A stretch of DNA of 64,000 nucleotides from an uncultured Acidobacteriota bacterium (GTDB taxonomy: Bacteria > Acidobacteriota > Vicinamibacteria > Vicinamibacterales > CAVVIG01): the NCBI GenBank assembly GCA_963837345.1, contig CAWIMX010000001.1, positions 451,823 to 515,822 on the forward strand, read 5' to 3'. A program made the translations under genes and the position numbers. Shown piece by piece: positions 59,913 through 64,000 of the stretch. Each line of letters starts with the position of its first letter. Position 1 is the first letter of the stretch. The notes beneath the pieces were generated by a model. The model made no database searches, was not told the DNA's origin, and worked only from the letters and a program-made list of their open reading frames with translations.

Positions 59913-62546
59913 ATGCGACGCGTTCTGGCCGCTGCCGTCCTGGGCGCCACCGCCGTCCTGGGGCTCGGGGCCGCGGGAGCGGTCGAGGCGCCGGCCGCGT
60001 TCCTCGGTTTTCGCGTCGGCGCCGACAACCGCCTCGCCCGATGGGATCGGATCGTCGACTACATGAAGGCGGTGGCCGACGGCTCCGACCGCGTCCGCTA
60101 CGAGGAGCTGGGGACCACGACCAACGGCCAGCCGTTCGTGCTTCTCGAGATCAGCGCGCCGGACACGCTGAACAATCTCGATCGGTACCGCGCGCTCGAG
60201 CGCCGGCTCTACTACCAGGGCGGCGCGCCGTCGGCCGCCGAGCGGGAAGCGATCTTCAATCAGGGCAAGGTCGTCGTGCTGGTGACGTGCAGCATTCACG
60301 CCACCGAAATCGGCGCCACGCAGATGTCCCTCGAGCTGGTCCATCGGCTGGCGACCGACGACTCGCCGGAGGTCCGGAAGATTCTCGACAACGTGATCTT
60401 CCTGCTCGTCCCGAGCCTCAACCCCGACGGCCAGGTGCTCGTGACGGACTGGTTCGACCGGAACAAGGGCACGGAGTTCGCGAACAGCCCGATCCCGTAC
60501 CTGTACCATCCGTACGCCGGCCACGACAACAATCGCGACATGTACATGTTCAACCTCGCGGAGAGCCGGTGGATGGCCGAGCTCCTCTGGCACGACTGGT
60601 TCCCGGCGGTCTGGCTCGACGAGCACGAGATGGGGCGCGACGGTCCGCGCATCTTCGTCATGCCGGCGACCGATCCGATCAACCTCAACGTGCATCCGTT
60701 GATCTACCGCTGGAACGCGATCCTCGGCCAGTCGCAGGCGGCGGCGCTCGAGGCGGAGGGCAAGACCGGCATCATCTACAACTCGACGTACACGAACTTC
60801 TGGGAAGGCGCGATGGCGTGGAGCGGCTGGTGGCACAACCAGATCGGCCTGCTCACCGAGGTGGCGGGGGTCCGGATTGCCGCGCCCGTGGACCAGCAGC
60901 GCGCCACCTTGAATCAGCCGCCCGATCCGGAGCGGCGGAGTTCGATGTACTCGCTCGGCAACCTCCTGCCGCCGCCAACCGATGTCATGGCGCGCACCGA
61001 GTACCCGCGGCCCTGGCTGGGCGGGCACTGGTCGCTGCGCGACATCGTGGACTACGAGCTGACGGCGACCATGGCGCTGCTCGATACCGCGGCCGATCGC
61101 CGTGAAGCGATCCTCCGTCAGATCTATGCGGTGAACGAAGACACCATCGCGGAAGGCCGCAGCGGCAAGCCGTCGGCGATTCTCATTCCTGCGCGCGCGC
61201 AGCACGACGCCCGCGAAGTGGCCCATCTCGTGAGTCGTCTGCTGCTCGGCGGCATCGAGGTGTACCGCGCCGACGAGCCGTTCGCCGCCGACCGCTCGGA
61301 GTACGCCGCCGGGACCTTTGTGGTGCCGATGGCGCAGGTGTTCGGGCGCTACGCGAAAGATCTGCTCGAAGTCCAGCGCTATCCCGACATGCGGCCCACC
61401 GGCGACACCGAGGCCGACGCCCCCTACGACGTCACCGCCTGGACGCTGGGCATGCAGATGGGCGTCCGCACCGCGTTCGTGTCGGATCCCCTGCCGGCGT
61501 CGCTGCCCCTCACGCGCGTGACGGCGGAGCCGCGCACGCCCGGCGAGGTGCGCGGGGCCGGCTCGGTTTTCACCTTTCCGTACGAAGGGGCCGATTCGGC
61601 CATCGTCGTCAACCGGCTGCTGCAGGACGGGGCGGCCGTCACGCTCGAGACGACAGTGGGTGGAGGCGCCCGCGCCGTGGCGAGCGGCGAGTCGCGCGGC
61701 CGCATGGAGACGCTCGCCCGCACGCTCGGCGTGCACGTCGTCGGTGGTGCCCGGCCCGGCGACGCGCGCCCCGGATCCGCGATGGCGCTGCGAACGCCGC
61801 GCATCGGGCTGTATCAGCCGTTCACGGGCGACAGCGTGGACGAGGGCTGGACGCGCTGGGTGCTCGAGCAGTACGAGTTCCCGTTCACCACCGTTCACAA
61901 TGCCGATCTCCGGGGCGGCGGGCTCAACGGCAAGTTCGACGCCATCCTGATCGCCGATCAGGATCCACAGGCGATCGTGGAAGGGTTCGACTCGCTGGGA
62001 ATCCGGCCGGAGTACCGCGGCGGCATCGGCCAGCAGGGCCTCGACGCGCTGCAGCAGTTCGTCCTGATGGGCGGCACGCTCGTCACCCTCGGCCGGGCTT
62101 CCGATCTGGTGATCGAGCACCTGCCGGTGCCCGTTCGGGACGTGAAGCGCGGCCTGACGCGCGACGAGCACTTCGCGCCCGGCGCCATCCTCCGCGTGCA
62201 GGTCGACACGCAGCATCCGATGGGCTACGGCATGCCGCGCGAAACCTACGGCTTCTACGACAACAGCCCGTTCTTTACCGTCGGCGAGGGCTTCGCCTCG
62301 TGGCACACGGCCGCCGTGGCGCGCTATCCGAACACGGACGTGCTGGCATCCGGGTGGCTCAAGGGCGAGGCGCTCATGCAGGGGCGTCCGGCGGTCGTGT
62401 CCATCGAGACCAACCCCGGACGCATCATCATGTTCGGGCTGGCGCCGCAGCACCGCGGACAGACCCACGCCACGTTTCCGCTGCTCTTCAACGCGCTGTA
62501 CCTCTCCGCCCTCGACGGCCCGGCGCCCTCGGGGACCACGCAATAG
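59913..62546 (+). CDS. Secreted M14-family metallocarboxypeptidase-like protein (877 aa)
   Basis: Signal peptide MRRVLAAAVLGATAVLGLGAAGA. HxxE zinc motif (CSIHATEIG). LVPSLNPDG, GHDNNRD. Confidence 0.8.
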   Translation: MRRVLAAAVLGATAVLGLGAAGAVEAPAAFLGFRVGADNRLARWDRIVDYMKAVADGSDRVRYEELGTTTNGQPFVLLEISAPDTLNNLDRYRALERRLYYQGGAPSAAEREAIFNQGKVVVLVTCSIHATEIGATQMSLELVHRLATDDSPEVRKILDNVIFLLVPSLNPDGQVLVTDWFDRNKGTEFANSPIPYLYHPYAGHDNNRDMYMFNLAESRWMAELLWHDWFPAVWLDEHEMGRDGPRIFVMPATDPINLNVHPLIYRWNAILGQSQAAALEAEGKTGIIYNSTYTNFWEGAMAWSGWWHNQIGLLTEVAGVRIAAPVDQQRATLNQPPDPERRSSMYSLGNLLPPPTDVMARTEYPRPWLGGHWSLRDIVDYELTATMALLDTAADRREAILRQIYAVNEDTIAEGRSGKPSAILIPARAQHDAREVAHLVSRLLLGGIEVYRADEPFAADRSEYAAGTFVVPMAQVFGRYAKDLLEVQRYPDMRPTGDTEADAPYDVTAWTLGMQMGVRTAFVSDPLPASLPLTRVTAEPRTPGEVRGAGSVFTFPYEGADSAIVVNRLLQDGAAVTLETTVGGGARAVASGESRGRMETLARTLGVHVVGGARPGDARPGSAMALRTPRIGLYQPFTGDSVDEGWTRWVLEQYEFPFTTVHNADLRGGGLNGKFDAILIADQDPQAIVEGFDSLGIRPEYRGGIGQQGLDALQQFVLMGGTLVTLGRASDLVIEHLPVPVRDVKRGLTRDEHFAPGAILRVQVDTQHPMGYGMPRETYGFYDNSPFFTVGEGFASWHTAAVARYPNTDVLASGWLKGEALMQGRPAVVSIETNPGRIIMFGLAPQHRGQTHATFPLLFNALYLSALDGPAPSGTTQ

Positions 62547-62566
62547 GCCTGGTGTAGAATCGCCGC

Positions 62567-63064
62567 GTGGGTGATCGTGTCCCGGCGGCAACCGGTCCGC
62601 CGACGGCGATCGGCGGCGAGGATTTCGACCGCCGGACATTCCTCGATTCTCTGCTCATGGTCGGCTTCGTCTCCACCGCGGCCGCCATGGCGTACCCGGT
62701 CGGGCGCTACCTGGTGCCGCCGCCGAGCGGCGAGCCGCAGACGACGAGTGTCGTCGCGGTGAAGGCCGCCGATCTCCCGCCCAATTCCGGTCTCGTGTTC
62801 AAGTTCGGCACCCGGCCGGCCATCGTCATCAGGACGCCCGACGGCGACGTGCGGGCGTTCAGCGCCGTCTGCACGCACCTGGAGTGCACGGTGCAGTACA
62901 AGGCCGACACGTCGCAACTCTGGTGCGCGTGCCACAACGGCCTGTACGATCTCGGCGGCAATGTGGTCTCGGGACCGCCGCCCCGCGGGCTCGAGCGGTA
63001 CACCGTGAACCTGCGTGGCGACCCGGGCACCGAGGACATCGTCGTGTCGCGCGGCGACACCTAG
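62567..63064 (+). CDS. Rieske [2Fe-2S] subunit of a cytochrome bc/b6f-type complex
   Basis: Tat-like DRRTFL plus a TM segment. Cluster motifs CTHLEC and CACHNG. GTG start. Confidence 0.9.
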   Translation: MGDRVPAATGPPTAIGGEDFDRRTFLDSLLMVGFVSTAAAMAYPVGRYLVPPPSGEPQTTSVVAVKAADLPPNSGLVFKFGTRPAIVIRTPDGDVRAFSAVCTHLECTVQYKADTSQLWCACHNGLYDLGGNVVSGPPPRGLERYTVNLRGDPGTEDIVVSRGDT

Positions 63065-63090
63065 ACACCGACAGGGAGACGCGTCGTCGC

Positions 63091-64000
63091 ATGCTGCAAC
63101 ACACGATCGACTGGATCGATGAACGCGTGGATCTGAGCGGTCTCCGCCACTTCGTGGCGGAAAAGGGCGTCCCGATTCACGCGCAGAAGGTCTGGTACTA
63201 CCTGGGCGGGCTCACGCTGTTTCTCTTCGTCGTGCAGGTGGCCACCGGCATTCTTCTCCTGCTCTATTACCGGCCGAGCGCGCAAGAGGCCTACGAGAGC
63301 GTGCAGTTCATCGTGACCAAGGTGGAGTTCGGCTGGCTGATCCGCAATATTCACAGCTGGTCGGCCAACTTGCTGATTGCCGCCGCGTTCGCCCATTTTT
63401 TCAGCGTGTTCCTCCTGAAGTCGTATCGCAAGCCGCGCGAGCTCACCTGGGTCAGCGGGGCGCTGCTGCTCTTCCTGATGCTCGGTTTCGGCTTCAGCGG
63501 CTACCTGCTGCCGTGGAACGAACTGTCGTTCTTCGCCACGAAGGTCGGGACGGGCATCGGCGGCTCGGTTCCGTTCGTGGGCGGCTTCGTGCTCCGCCTG
63601 CTGCGCGGGGGCGACGATGTGACGGGGGCGACGCTGTCCCGGTTCTACGGTCTGCATGTCGCAATCCTTCCGGCGATCACGACCGCCCTCGTCGCCCTCC
63701 ACTTGCTGCTCGTCCAGCGGCAGGGCATGAGCATCCCTCTCAGCGTGGAACGCCGGCTCGCGCCCGGCGAGCGCCCGCGCCAGATGCCGTTCTTTCCGAA
63801 CTACATCCTGCGCGACGTGCTCACCTGGTACGTGGCGCTCGCCGTTCTCGCGGCGCTCGCCGCGTTCTATCCCTGGGAACTGGGAACGAAGGCCGACCCG
63901 TTCGCCCCGGTTCCGGCCGGTATCCGTCCCGAGTGGTATTTCCTCGCCATGTTCCACACGCTGAAGCTGCTGCCGAGCCACATCCTGGGCTTCGAGGGCG
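63091..64000 (+). CDS. Cytochrome b (N-terminal b6-like part), 3' end beyond the window
   Basis: Manual translation from the ATG at 63091 (SD AGGGAG): [17 protein letters not shown]...[30 protein letters not shown]...[25 protein letters not shown]...[14 protein letters not shown]. Not in the ORF track because the frame has no stop inside the window. Confidence 0.9.
   Translation, partial: MLQHTIDWIDERVDLSGLRHFVAEKGVPIHAQKVWYYLGGLTLFLFVVQVATGILLLLYYRPSAQEAYESVQFIVTKVEFGWLIRNIHSWSANLLIAAAFAHFFSVFLLKSYRKPRELTWVSGALLLFLMLGFGFSGYLLPWNELSFFATKVGTGIGGSVPFVGGFVLRLLRGGDDVTGATLSRFYGLHVAILPAITTALVALHLLLVQRQGMSIPLSVERRLAPGERPRQMPFFPNYILRDVLTWYVALAVLAALAAFYPWELGTKADPFAPVPAGIRPEWYFLAMFHTLKLLPSHILGFEG

Overview
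Very GC-rich, densely packed bacterial chromosomal segment with about 55 protein-coding genes. I found no rRNA, tRNA, CRISPR array, transposase or integrase. Two ADOP-type duplicated FtsX permeases and three 'VWFA-related Acidobacterial domain'-like secreted proteins point to an Acidobacteriota genome. This is an inference from remembered family descriptions, not a search result. Most genes are housekeeping: eno-gpmA, an acyl-CoA mutase large subunit, acs, ino1, ispG, type III glutamine synthetase, a GyrA/ParC-like plus GyrB/ParE-like pair, and Rieske plus cytochrome b at the 3' edge. Operons are tightly coupled, with many ATGA/GTGA stop-start overlaps. No obvious known defence or mobile system is present. 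Items worth a second look: (1) a minus-strand operon (55998->49250) encoding a ~940-aa secreted protein of unrecognised family followed by two VWA proteins, one with a degenerate MIDAS motif and a TPR tail; (2) a PilM-TM-linker-PilP/GspC-like fusion protein followed by a solitary MacB/LolD-type ATPase; (3) a PadR - PspC-domain - thioredoxin-like ferredoxin - esterase operon with a perfect palindrome at the padR start; (4) a CTGAAC/GTTCAG four-hexamer array between a two-component system and a small-peptide + ADOP permease unit; (5) a ~125-nt palindromic element between apaG and ispG; (6) three apparent frame disruptions (acs, the PspC-domain gene, the large secreted protein), which are either assembly indels or real gene decay. 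All coordinates come from manual reading. Start codons in this GC-rich sequence are often uncertain.
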